From contig NZ_CP150886.1 of NCBI RefSeq assembly GCF_038050375.1, positions 1,063,318-1,095,317 of the forward strand: a stretch of 32,000 nucleotides of DNA. Direction: 5' to 3'. This DNA is from Okeanomitos corallinicola TIOX110 (GTDB lineage Bacteria; Cyanobacteriota; Cyanobacteriia; Cyanobacteriales; Nostocaceae). The position numbers were made by a program, and so were the translations under genes. Each line of letters begins with the position of its first letter. The stretch's first letter is position 1. The notes under the pieces were generated by a model. That model ran no database searches. It was not told the DNA's origin and was given only the letters and a program-made list of their open reading frames with translations. This document shows positions 1-8,166 of this stretch, one piece after another.

Positions 1-148
1 CACCACCAGTAGCAGGAGGAATAAAGTAGTTAACGACAGGATACAATGCACCAGCAGCTACTCCGGTAACAGTCCCAAAAGTAAGCAGGTTCATGAATTG
101 GCGACGACCCATATCGGGTACATCCATTGATTCAGAAAATTGAGCCAT
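1..148 (-). CDS. petC: Cytochrome b6-f complex Rieske iron-sulfur subunit, N-terminal part (the gene continues past the left edge)
   Basis: The reverse complement from ATG (complement of 146-148) reads [49 protein letters not shown]. This is the characteristic RR-containing N-terminal membrane anchor of cyanobacterial PetC. It is missing from the ORF track because the window edge truncates it. Confidence 0.85.
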   Translation of the reverse strand, partial: MAQFSESMDVPDMGRRQFMNLLTFGTVTGVAAGALYPVVNYFIPPATGG

Positions 149-440
149 AATCTACGCGCTCTGTGTGTAATTTGTTAAGCATTTTGACAAGAGTTGTAAC
201 ACTATATCAACCCTTGTCTGAGGTGAAATACTAACGCCCCAATGATGTCATTCTTCTTAATGAGAAGACCCATCTGGCACCATTGTCTGTTAGCATTACA
301 TTTCTTTATATCCTTATCATACTGGAGTTACGGAACTTAACATCATAACTAAATGTAAAATCTAAATGAGAAAACCCATGATCCCTTGGGGCTTGGGCTA
401 CGTTTTCCCCAAAATCCTCTATCTTAAACCTTGAATTACT

Positions 441-749
441 ATGACTGGAAAGGACTTACGTCAACTTTTAATTGATAAATGGGGATTTTCCTATGATCTC
501 CAGTTCCGTAGAACCCAAGGAAAAGTATTTCTCCAAGTCATGTGGAGATATGCCGAACAAGCTTCATTCCCTTTAAGCGAAACTGATTATCAAGAACATA
601 TTGATAGTATTGCTAATTATCTCCATGCTTTAGGCGGAGCAGTACAAGTACAAACTTTTATTACAGAAACTAAAGAACGTCCCCGATTAGGTAAAGCTGT
701 TAGTATTCCTCTTGATTTAGGCGATCGCGCTTCTGAATGGATAGTTTAA
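441..749 (+). CDS. Conserved cyanobacterial/plastid-lineage protein, DUF3067-like
   Basis: 102-aa ORF. The stretch LIDKWGFSYDLQFRR...VFLQVMWRYAEQASFPL matches my recollection of the DUF3067 family. A HIP1 site lies at the 3' end. Confidence 0.65.
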   Translation: MTGKDLRQLLIDKWGFSYDLQFRRTQGKVFLQVMWRYAEQASFPLSETDYQEHIDSIANYLHALGGAVQVQTFITETKERPRLGKAVSIPLDLGDRASEWIV

Positions 750-751
750 GA

Positions 752-799
752 GGTAATTGGTAATTGGTAATTGGTAATTGATGATTGGTAATTGGTAAA
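752..799. repeat. STRR-type tandem heptamer block (GGTAATT, about 6-7 units)
   Basis: Direct reading: ggtaatt ggtaatt ggtaatt ggtaatt gatgatt ggtaatt ggtaaa, immediately after the stop codon of the 441-749 gene. Confidence 0.9.
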
Positions 800-861
800 A
801 GATTTATATGGATGAGATCAATTTTTTTTGATCAATCTACAAATATTTACAACAGAATATC

Positions 862-1902
862 ATGAGCAAAAATTCTCACAGAAGTAGATTTAAACTCCAA
901 CTTATTAATAAATCTGCCCTGATTCGTCTGACTTTCTTAATAACTATTCTTCTAGCTCTAATTTTTTGGGGTTGGAGTATGATGTTTTGGATGCCAAAAA
1001 TTAGCTATCAAGGCAAACTTCCTCCCCTAAAACCCGCAGAAATTACCCTCAAAAAATTACTGGAACAAGACTTACAAACCCTGTCTGTTGAAATTGGTAG
1101 TCGCAACAATAATCAATATCAAAAACTCAACCAAGCTAAAGACTTTTTTATTAATTCTTTTAGTCAAGCAGGTTACAAAGTCCAAATTCAAGAATATCAA
1201 ATAGACAACCAATCTTACTACAACCTAGAAGTTGAAAAAACAGGAATTACAAAACCAGAAGAAATCATTGTCATTGGTGGTCATTACGATTCAGCTTATA
1301 CCAGTCCAGGCGCAAATGATAATGGCACTGGTGCAGCAGCAACCTTAGAACTAGCGAGAATTTTTGCTAATCAAAATACCAATCGCACCATTAAATTTGT
1401 CGCATTCACCAACGAAGAACCGCCATTTTTCTGGACAGAAAATATGGGGAGTTTAGTATATGCTAAAAACTTAAAACAACAAGGTAAAAATATAGTTGCC
1501 ATGCTCAGTTTAGAAACAATGGGATATTTTGATGATCAACCAGGAAGTCAAGAATATCCATATCCTATAAATTTAATTTATCCAAATCAAGGTAACTTTA
1601 TCAGTTTTATTGGTAATCTCAAATCTAGTAATTTAGTAAAAACAGCAATATCATCTTTTCGTAATCATGTAAAATTCCCATCTCAAGGAACAGCATTACC
1701 TGCTTCTATTCCTGGGGTTGGTTGGTCAGATCAATGGTCTTTTTGGCAGCAAGATTATCAAGGAATTATGGTGACAGATACAGCACCTTATCGTTATAAA
1801 TATTATCACACTGGAGATGATACCATAGATAAAATTGATTTTGATAAATTTACCAGAGTCGTCAATGGTTTAGTCGCTGTAATATCTGATTTATCCCAAT
1901 GA
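862..1902 (+). CDS. M28 family zinc aminopeptidase with an N-terminal membrane anchor
   Basis: 346 aa. GGHYDSAYTSPGANDNGTGAAATLELARIF and FTNEEPPF are M28 metal-ligand motifs. A hydrophobic N-terminal segment is present (LIRLTFLITILLALIFWGW). Confidence 0.85.
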   Translation: MSKNSHRSRFKLQLINKSALIRLTFLITILLALIFWGWSMMFWMPKISYQGKLPPLKPAEITLKKLLEQDLQTLSVEIGSRNNNQYQKLNQAKDFFINSFSQAGYKVQIQEYQIDNQSYYNLEVEKTGITKPEEIIVIGGHYDSAYTSPGANDNGTGAAATLELARIFANQNTNRTIKFVAFTNEEPPFFWTENMGSLVYAKNLKQQGKNIVAMLSLETMGYFDDQPGSQEYPYPINLIYPNQGNFISFIGNLKSSNLVKTAISSFRNHVKFPSQGTALPASIPGVGWSDQWSFWQQDYQGIMVTDTAPYRYKYYHTGDDTIDKIDFDKFTRVVNGLVAVISDLSQ

Positions 1903-2777
1903 TTAAATATCTCAAAACTTCCCGTCTAAATATTGCTTATCACAGCTATGGTGATAATCATAAAACCACCATCATTTTATTACATGGTTGGCCAGATGAT
2001 CCCTTAACATGGAGTCAAGTTATTCCCGCTTTAGTTAATGCTAATTATCATTGTATTACACCTTATTTGCGTGGTTGTGGATTTACAGAATTTTTAGATT
2101 TACAAACTCCTAGAAGTGGACAATTAGCAGCTTTGTCACAGGATATAATTGAATTTATTGAAGGTTTTAATATTGGTAAAGTACATTTAGTTGGACATGA
2201 TTGGGGTGCAAGAATTGCTTATAATATCGCCGCTTTACGTCCAGATTTATTACATACTTTAACAGCATTATCTGTAGGTTATGGAACTAACAACCCAAAG
2301 CAAAATATATCATTTTCCCAAATCCAACAATATTGGTATCAATGGTTTTTTGGGACAGAAAGAGGAAGGGAAACTTTAATGGCAGAACGACGTGATTTAA
2401 TTAAATATATGTGGAAATTATGGTGTCCTAATTGGCATTTTAGTGATGCTGAATTTGAAGAAACAGCAAAATCTTTTGATCATCCAGACTGGGTAGATAT
2501 TACCATAGATTCCTACCGCAATCGTTGGGGATTTTCTGATAATGATCCTGAATATGAACTGATTCATCAAAAATTAATGACATCACCAAAAATAGATGTG
2601 CCAACTACAGTATTACATGGTAGTGCAGATGGGGCAACTTTACCGGAAACTAGCGATAATAAAGAAGAGTTTTTTTTAAAAGATTATCAAAGATTTGTCA
2701 TTCCAGAAGTTGGTCATTTTATCCAAAGAGAAGCACCTCAGTCAGTAATTGAAGCTGTTTTAAATCGAGTGAAATAA
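1899..2777 (+). CDS. Alpha/beta-fold hydrolase (epoxide hydrolase/haloalkane dehalogenase-like)
   Basis: 292 aa. HGWPDD oxyanion motif, GHDWGA nucleophile elbow and a C-terminal GHF histidine motif. Its start overlaps the upstream stop by 4 nt (ATGA). Confidence 0.85.
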   Translation: MIKYLKTSRLNIAYHSYGDNHKTTIILLHGWPDDPLTWSQVIPALVNANYHCITPYLRGCGFTEFLDLQTPRSGQLAALSQDIIEFIEGFNIGKVHLVGHDWGARIAYNIAALRPDLLHTLTALSVGYGTNNPKQNISFSQIQQYWYQWFFGTERGRETLMAERRDLIKYMWKLWCPNWHFSDAEFEETAKSFDHPDWVDITIDSYRNRWGFSDNDPEYELIHQKLMTSPKIDVPTTVLHGSADGATLPETSDNKEEFFLKDYQRFVIPEVGHFIQREAPQSVIEAVLNRVK

Positions 2778-2784
2778 TAATTCC

Positions 2785-3288
2785 ATGAATCAATATTCCC
2801 ACATTGTTAAATTCTATGAAGGAAAAGCTACTGATACTCGCGGTAGGTTATTTGAAATTTGGCAGCAAAATTATGAATGGTTGGAAAAAACCCATGATTA
2901 TATTCAGTGGTTGTTTCCCTTAACAGAAGGGAGTCGGTTTAATCCTCATGCACCGATTTTAACAGATGCAGATATTCAAGTTTTTCAAGAACAAGCAGCT
3001 TTTAAAAAGAATTTACTTAAATCGTTAAAATTGATGTTGGGTTTTTATGGTTTATCATGTCAAGAAAGTGAAGATGGACAAATAGAGATTAAAATTCATG
3101 AGTCATTTTCAGAACGTAAAAAAAATTGGGTACGTTCTTCCAATTATAACTATTTGCGAATTACTAGAATTTTGAAAAGTTTGTGTTTATTAGGTTTAGA
3201 AATGTATGCTCAGGCTTTTTTAAAATGTTTGGAAGAACTATATAATCTGGAAAAGGGAGAAATTACTAAACTTACTCTTTCTTATTAG
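2785..3288 (+). CDS. Opioid growth factor receptor (OGFr) conserved-region-like protein
   Basis: 167 aa. HDYIQWLFPL and NYLRITRILKSLCLLG closely resemble the conserved OGFr N-terminal region (HSYIQWLFPL, NFLRITRILKSLGELG). It starts 8 nt after the hydrolase gene. Confidence 0.8.
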   Translation: MNQYSHIVKFYEGKATDTRGRLFEIWQQNYEWLEKTHDYIQWLFPLTEGSRFNPHAPILTDADIQVFQEQAAFKKNLLKSLKLMLGFYGLSCQESEDGQIEIKIHESFSERKKNWVRSSNYNYLRITRILKSLCLLGLEMYAQAFLKCLEELYNLEKGEITKLTLSY

Positions 3289-3413
3289 CAGGATGCACTA
3301 ATAGATTAAGAATATTTGTAGATAGTAATTACTGGAATTTTTTAAACTAATCTACATATCTATTGTTTTTGAAGTAAAATTAAGTAAACACAATTCTAAC
3401 AAGAGATTTTCAA

Positions 3414-3863
3414 GTGGAAACTTCTAAACATCATCTGCCTCTTGTTTTTTTAGATACAAATGTTATCGCTGCTTACTTGCGTGGAGAGTCACCTAGTTCT
3501 GAACTATTCTCTCCAGCAGTGATGAAACAAGTACGGTTAGCAATTAATTCAGTAGTATTACAGGAACTTTTTTTCTTAGCAGAGTCTAGTAAAAACCCAG
3601 AAATTCTGGATGAAATTCAAGAAGAAGTTAATGTCATACCTGTAAATTTACAGAAAGCTGAAGAATATCTCAAGTATGCGGCAAACCTTCGTAACCGTAT
3701 AGCCCATTCTAATGATGTTTTAATTCTTAGCAGTGCTGCTGAATGTGACTATTTAGTTACTTATGATAAAGCATTAAGTAAAGCATTAGGTTCTTTATCA
3801 ACGAGTAAGCCTCAAGTAGTTACACCTGAACAATTATTATCTGAATTGGGAACTAAGGTGTGA
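3414..3863 (+). CDS. PIN domain protein (VapC-like ribonuclease fold)
   Basis: 149 aa with a GTG start. The acidic quartet sits in PIN context: FLDTNV, LQELFF, SNDVLILSSA, YLVTYDKAL. Confidence 0.7.
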   Translation: METSKHHLPLVFLDTNVIAAYLRGESPSSELFSPAVMKQVRLAINSVVLQELFFLAESSKNPEILDEIQEEVNVIPVNLQKAEEYLKYAANLRNRIAHSNDVLILSSAAECDYLVTYDKALSKALGSLSTSKPQVVTPEQLLSELGTKV

Positions 3864-4411
3864 AGGTTTATATTGATACGGGTGTTTTTATTGACTATCT
3901 CAGTCCGCAAGCTATAGCTGGATCAACTCTCAGAGCTACATCACGTCGTGGACGTGATCCAAAAAAATTATTTGAAGATGCAGAAGAGGTTTTGAAATTA
4001 GTTGCTGCAAAACACACAGGTGCTACATCAAGTTTTACCTATTATGAGGTGGAAGAAGCTTTATTTAAGCAACTGACATCTGTTGCTAAGGGTATGACTA
4101 ATGCTAGTACATTGAGAGTTCTTGCAGCCCGTTCTATTGTACCCCAAACAGTAACTGCCGTTAGGTTTTTTGGAATTAGTGTACTGGATTTAACGGCTGG
4201 AATTGTGGAAGCACAGTTAAACAACATGGAACTTTATATTAGGGGAATACGTGCGGCTGATGCACTTCATGTTGCTAGTGCAATTCAGTTTGATGCAGAA
4301 GTTGTCATTTCTGTAGATGAGGATATGCTGAAATTAGATGGTGTGATAGTTAACAGCAGTGGTATTCCAATAAAATTCTGTGATACTGATTTAGCATTGA
4401 ATGTATTGTAA
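3860..4411 (+). CDS. PIN domain protein with a long internal insertion
   Basis: 183 aa with a GTG start that overlaps the upstream stop (GTGA). PIN-like acidic positions: YIDTGVFIDYL, YYEVEEAL, AADALHVASA, ISVDEDMLKL. Confidence 0.6.
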   Translation: MKVYIDTGVFIDYLSPQAIAGSTLRATSRRGRDPKKLFEDAEEVLKLVAAKHTGATSSFTYYEVEEALFKQLTSVAKGMTNASTLRVLAARSIVPQTVTAVRFFGISVLDLTAGIVEAQLNNMELYIRGIRAADALHVASAIQFDAEVVISVDEDMLKLDGVIVNSSGIPIKFCDTDLALNVL

Positions 4412-4832
4412 AATACATACTATTTTAGATATAGGTAAAATAGCAAGTAAGCGATCACCCCCAAATCACCCAACATCAGACAATATTACCTTATGATAAT
4501 GATAAGAATTTTCAATAAACTTTAGAATATTTTCAGAATTGTCCCTACAGTTGTTTATAGTCAAAAACCTTGAATTTCCAGGCTTTAGGATTATTGTAGC
4601 CTCAAGAATTCTGGGAACTTGACTAATTGATCAGGTTAAGAGAAACTAAGAATTGACGGAAGTAACTGCTAATCCCATTAATAATTTTCGTAAAGAATTT
4701 GAGCTATATATATTGAAAGATGGAACATTATGAACAAACGGCAAGTTTGTTTTTGAGTTCCTTTAGTTATGAAAAATTAAATACGCTAAAGCAGTTAAAT
4801 TCAAGGGAAACATCGAGGTTGGCGTTTAAAGA

Positions 4833-5045
4833 ATGGAAACATTAGAATTCATAATCTATCCAGATGGTCGGGTACAAGAGAAAGTCACCGGTATTGTCGG
4901 TGCTTCCTGTGCTGAAGTAACAGCAGCGATAGAAGCGCAGCTGGGACAAGTGGTAAATCAGCAACCAACCTCAGAATTTTTTGCTAACCACGCTACCCAA
5001 GAAACTGGTGTAGCAAACACCCAAACTGCTTTTAGCGACTGGTAA
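4833..5045 (+). CDS. DUF2997-like small protein
   Basis: 70 aa. MExxEFIIYPDGRVxEKVTGIxGxSCxxVT matches the family that typically precedes DUF1257 genes. Confidence 0.65.
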   Translation: METLEFIIYPDGRVQEKVTGIVGASCAEVTAAIEAQLGQVVNQQPTSEFFANHATQETGVANTQTAFSDW

Positions 5046-5084
5046 ATTTTCCCCAATCCTTATTTTCACTGATTACAAACCGCC

Positions 5085-5471
5085 ATGTCACACTTTAGCC
5101 AAATTAAAACCCAAATCCGTAACCTAGAATCCTTACAGGATGCACTGTCCGACTTAGGAATAGACTGGAAACCAGGACCTCGTGAAGTACGTGGTTATCG
5201 TGGACAAACCCACCCTGCCGAAGTTACCATTGAGCAAGAAAATGGGTATGACATCGGTTTTCGATGGAATGGTAAAGAATACGAATTGGTAGCAGACTTG
5301 CAATATTGGCAGCAGAATTTATCCGTAGATGGATTTTTGCGTCAAGTAACCCAACGCTATGCTTACCAAACAGTAATGAAAGAAACCACAAAAGTAGGGT
5401 TTCAAGTTGCTGAAGAACAGAAAAATGCAGATGGTTCAATCCGTTTAGTAGTGCAACGCTGGAGCGCATAA
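5085..5471 (+). CDS. ycf35: DUF1257 (Ycf35-type) protein
   Basis: 128 aa. The N-terminus MSHFSQIKTQIRNLESLQDALSDLGIDWK is characteristic of DUF1257/Ycf35. Confidence 0.7.
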   Translation: MSHFSQIKTQIRNLESLQDALSDLGIDWKPGPREVRGYRGQTHPAEVTIEQENGYDIGFRWNGKEYELVADLQYWQQNLSVDGFLRQVTQRYAYQTVMKETTKVGFQVAEEQKNADGSIRLVVQRWSA

Positions 5472-5938
5472 TGTCTCAAATGCAGCCTTTCCCAGAAGAT
5501 TTAGATCATAATCTAGAGAATAGTCCTTCCGGTTTAGAACCAGAATTAGGCGGTTTTTTGCGAGATGAACCAGAACACTCTGGTTTAGAACCGGAACTGG
5601 GGGGAGTGCTGCGACAGAGAGGTGTTTATGTGGATGAGATTACTTGCATAGGTTGTAAACACTGCGCTCATGTTGCTAGAAATACCTTTTATATTGAACC
5701 AGATTATGGGCGATCGCGTGTAGTTCGTCAAGATGGGGATTCAGAAGAGGTAATTCAAGAAGCTATAGAGACCTGTCCTGTAGATTGTATTCACTGGGTT
5801 GATTATACCGAATTAAAAAACCTAGAAGAAGATCGCAAATATCAGGTAATTCCTGTAGCTGGTTATCCGGTAGACCATGCTGTAGCTACCACAGAAAAAC
5901 GCCGTAAAAAGCGCAAATTAAAAAACAAACAATCTTAG
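5471..5938 (+). CDS. 4Fe-4S ferredoxin-domain protein with a lysine-rich tail
   Basis: 155 aa. CIGCKHCAHV ... CPVDCIHW is a cysteine pattern of the ferredoxin type. The N-terminus has an internal duplication (SGLEPELGGFLR / SGLEPELGGVLR). The start overlaps the upstream stop (TAATG). The gene contains a HIP1 site. Confidence 0.8.
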   Translation: MSQMQPFPEDLDHNLENSPSGLEPELGGFLRDEPEHSGLEPELGGVLRQRGVYVDEITCIGCKHCAHVARNTFYIEPDYGRSRVVRQDGDSEEVIQEAIETCPVDCIHWVDYTELKNLEEDRKYQVIPVAGYPVDHAVATTEKRRKKRKLKNKQS

Positions 5939-5978
5939 AAATTTAACAACTTCAATATTCAACAATTAACATTTTTAC

Positions 5979-6010
5979 AGGCTGGTGGGTAACTCCAGCC
6001 TTATTTTTTA
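5979..6010 (+). terminator. Rho-independent terminator after the ferredoxin gene
   Basis: The stem AGGCTGG (5979-5985) pairs with CCAGCCT (5995-6001) around a 9-nt loop, followed by TATTTTTTA. Confidence 0.6.
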
Positions 6011-6030
6011 TATCTGGTAATGGGTAATCA

Positions 6031-6175
6031 TTCAGGGGGCGACAAGCAAAGAGTGTCAAAAATTGGTTTTGGAAATGATGGCTTCCCTTGGCAATAAGCT
6101 GCCATTTTATCAACAGGGTATGAGGGCTATGATGCTTATCCAGCAACCTCTCTAGCTTCTTTGTCGCCCCCTGAA
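6031..6175. mobile_element. MITE-like element or long hairpin bounded by a perfect 15-bp inverted repeat
   Basis: TTCAGGGGGCGACAA (6031-6045) is the exact reverse complement of TTGTCGCCCCCTGAA (6161-6175). The pairing can be extended inward by about 10 more positions if a bulge and a mismatch are allowed. Total length is 145 bp. I could not see a clear target-site duplication. Confidence 0.4.
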
Positions 6176-6439
6176 AGGATAATGTTGAGTATGCAGATTT
6201 GTTCTTAATTTCCGTACTACTTCCCCAAACTTAGGGATAATTGAGATAGTAGAAATAACAGATTGTGTAAAACTACAACATAAAATCATCTCAAAATTGA
6301 TATTCTTAGCTATTTTTAAAGCATCATCTATATCTGCAATGGACAGCACGGAATAATTATGAGAACTTAATAAATTGGCAATATCTAGATAATCAGTATC
6401 ACCAATATTCGCGTTATCAATGGTTAGAATTAAAATCAA
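6152..6439 (-). CDS. Hypothetical protein, a degenerate or truncated CheY-like receiver fragment (possibly a pseudogene)
   Basis: 95-aa ORF with a TTG start. It shows a beta-alpha alternation like a receiver N-terminal half (ILILTIDN ... DDALKIAKNINFEMILCC) but has no phospho-acceptor Asp. The last roughly 8 codons and the stop lie inside the right inverted repeat of the 6031-6175 element. Confidence 0.3.
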   Translation of the reverse strand: MILILTIDNANIGDTDYLDIANLLSSHNYSVLSIADIDDALKIAKNINFEMILCCSFTQSVISTISIIPKFGEVVRKLRTNLHTQHYPFRGRQRS

Positions 6440-6445
6440 TGTCTA

Positions 6446-6473
6446 GGAATTGGTAATTGGTAATTGGTAATAG
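6446..6473. repeat. STRR heptamer block (GGTAATT family, 4 units)
   Basis: ggaatt g gtaatt g gtaatt g gtaata, located between two minus-strand genes. Confidence 0.85.
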
Positions 6474-6503
6474 ATGATTACAAATTACCAGTTGATAGAA
6501 TAT

Positions 6504-8093
6504 TTACTGTTTCTCCGCAAAGGTTTTCACCTTACCGTCGGGAGTAAAAACTACCCGCAGTCTAAGATTTTGACCAGCTTTATTAGTAGATACAAATGGT
6601 TTACCAATTTCAGGCATACCAGTATTATCTATATATTCTCTTGCAGCTTTATTTAATGGTAAAATTCGTTCAATAGTACCATCAATACCTAAAATCAAAC
6701 TATATTCTAAGGTTGCTGAAAATCCAGATGGAGGTTGCCAATTACTCTGTAAAAATGATCTAGCTTCTGCGATTTGAGGACTATCAAATAATTTATTTTC
6801 TTCAGCAGCTATCTTATTAGGTATTGCAGTCTGTTTAGCATTTCGCAACCTAGCAACTAAATCATCACTACTTTTGAAATTGGTAGTTGTACTTGCGGTA
6901 CTATTACCTCTATTTGATTCCTGTAAATCTGATTGAGCAGATAATTTTTCTGAAGTAAGCGTTTCTAGATTGTTAGGGAAATTCGCTGTAGATTCAGGTA
7001 TTCTTGATATGTTAGGAGAGTTTGGTATATATGGCTTTGTAGCTTCTGTTCCTGTAGGAATTCGACTAGGTTTAATCAATTCCGAAGAATTTTTTGGTAT
7101 TGATAATGGGAAATTTTCTGGAGTGATTGGCTGAGTTATGCGTGGTATTGACTGTGTATTTTGTGGTGGAATTTTGATGGCGGGTGCAACTGTGGAATTA
7201 GGAAAAGAAAGAGGAGTGGGAATTGTATTCAACTCAGGTAGTGGCGTTACGGAATCTAAATTAGGCAGCTTAATAATCTCACTATTGTCAGGAGGAGTTG
7301 GTAAATTTCCAGGAGCATTTAAACCAGCAAATGGTGAAGGTTCAAGAGCAACTTTTTCTGGGGATGATGTAGTATTTGTAGCTGTCTGCTGTTGATTGTT
7401 TTTAATATTGTTAGCATATTGCCAAGTTAAGGGAGTTAAACCTATTGCCAATAGCACCATGGCAGCAACAGGTGTCCAAACTGGAAAGCGAAAAACTGGA
7501 CTTGAATGTGAAGTTTCACTTTTAAGATTTGGTAAAGTTATCACATCAGTAGCATATTCATCTAAAGCAGTTGCTAAATCAAATAATTGTAATAACGTAA
7601 GTTTAATTGTAGGGCCTGATGTTTGGTTAGCTAAAGAACCTAAATATAATTTATGAGTTAAATCTTCACTAGCTTCTAAGTAAATTGTCGCTTCTAATAT
7701 TCCCATTCCAGAAGTGTTTACACTTTTAGATGATAATGGAGTGGGGTTGGGTTCTGATGATTCTGATTGTTCTGATAATTCTGGTTGATGAGAAGTTGTC
7801 GTTGATGGTTGGGACTCTAAAGAAGTTAAACAAAAGCTATCTGCTGATTTTTGCAGCAGTTCTTGCACATAATTAGTAACAGCATTACATACAGCTTCGA
7901 TTTGATCGCGATCGCCCTGAATGGTAATTTTACTTTCTTCGGGTAATGTTGGATCATCAAAGTGTAGTTCAAAGCGGAGTTGATTGAGGACAGTTTGTCC
8001 CATCCAACGAGATAAAGGTGAGCTTTGCGCCAAGATTTCTAATGTACAAGTGGGGGGAGTGTAGCGACGAATGACAGAATTTGATCCAGGCAT
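6504..8093 (-). CDS. DUF4335 domain protein with a proline/serine/threonine-rich linker
   Basis: 529 aa. The N-terminus VIRRYTPPTCTLEILAQSSPLSRW matches the cyanobacterial DUF4335 family. One TM-like segment (VAAMVLLAIGLTPL) and a long low-complexity P/S/T/N region. One HIP1 site. Confidence 0.7.
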   Translation of the reverse strand: MPGSNSVIRRYTPPTCTLEILAQSSPLSRWMGQTVLNQLRFELHFDDPTLPEESKITIQGDRDQIEAVCNAVTNYVQELLQKSADSFCLTSLESQPSTTTSHQPELSEQSESSEPNPTPLSSKSVNTSGMGILEATIYLEASEDLTHKLYLGSLANQTSGPTIKLTLLQLFDLATALDEYATDVITLPNLKSETSHSSPVFRFPVWTPVAAMVLLAIGLTPLTWQYANNIKNNQQQTATNTTSSPEKVALEPSPFAGLNAPGNLPTPPDNSEIIKLPNLDSVTPLPELNTIPTPLSFPNSTVAPAIKIPPQNTQSIPRITQPITPENFPLSIPKNSSELIKPSRIPTGTEATKPYIPNSPNISRIPESTANFPNNLETLTSEKLSAQSDLQESNRGNSTASTTTNFKSSDDLVARLRNAKQTAIPNKIAAEENKLFDSPQIAEARSFLQSNWQPPSGFSATLEYSLILGIDGTIERILPLNKAAREYIDNTGMPEIGKPFVSTNKAGQNLRLRVVFTPDGKVKTFAEKQ

Positions 8094-8166
8094 AGCAAGA
8101 ATGGGAATGGGGACAAAAGAAATTTTCGGATTTTGAATGAGTAATTAAAAATCTCAAATCGTCAAT

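Noticed and set aside
752-799. Heptamer arrays here and at 6446, 8966, 23503, 26940 and 28302 (and the 69-bp array at 30470) considered as possible CRISPR arrays
   Set aside because: The units are contiguous tandem repeats with no unique spacers. The 7-bp period is far too short, the 69-bp array is coding, and there are no cas genes. These are STRR-type microsatellites and LRR codons.
4720-4845. 41-codon ORF (MEHYEQTASLFLSSFSYEKLNTLKQLNSRETSRLAFKEWKH) overlapping the DUF2997 start
   Set aside because: It has a weak ribosome-binding site and no recognisable family, and a short ORF like this is expected by chance in AT-rich spacer. It is worth a look only if ribosome profiling data exist.
5952-6146. 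64-aa minus-strand ORF
   Set aside because: It lies almost entirely inside the 145-bp inverted-repeat element and over the ferredoxin terminator. It has no start context and no similarity that I recognise.
6031-6175. 6S RNA or another known structured ncRNA as the explanation for the long closed stem
   Set aside because: At 145 nt it is shorter than typical 6S RNA, and I cannot recognise any conserved ncRNA sequence in the interior. I kept it only as a MITE-like or unknown hairpin.
7138-7656. Two plus-strand ORFs of 85 and 86 aa, and the ORF at 6474-6656
   Set aside because: They are antisense to the DUF4335 gene and have no motifs.
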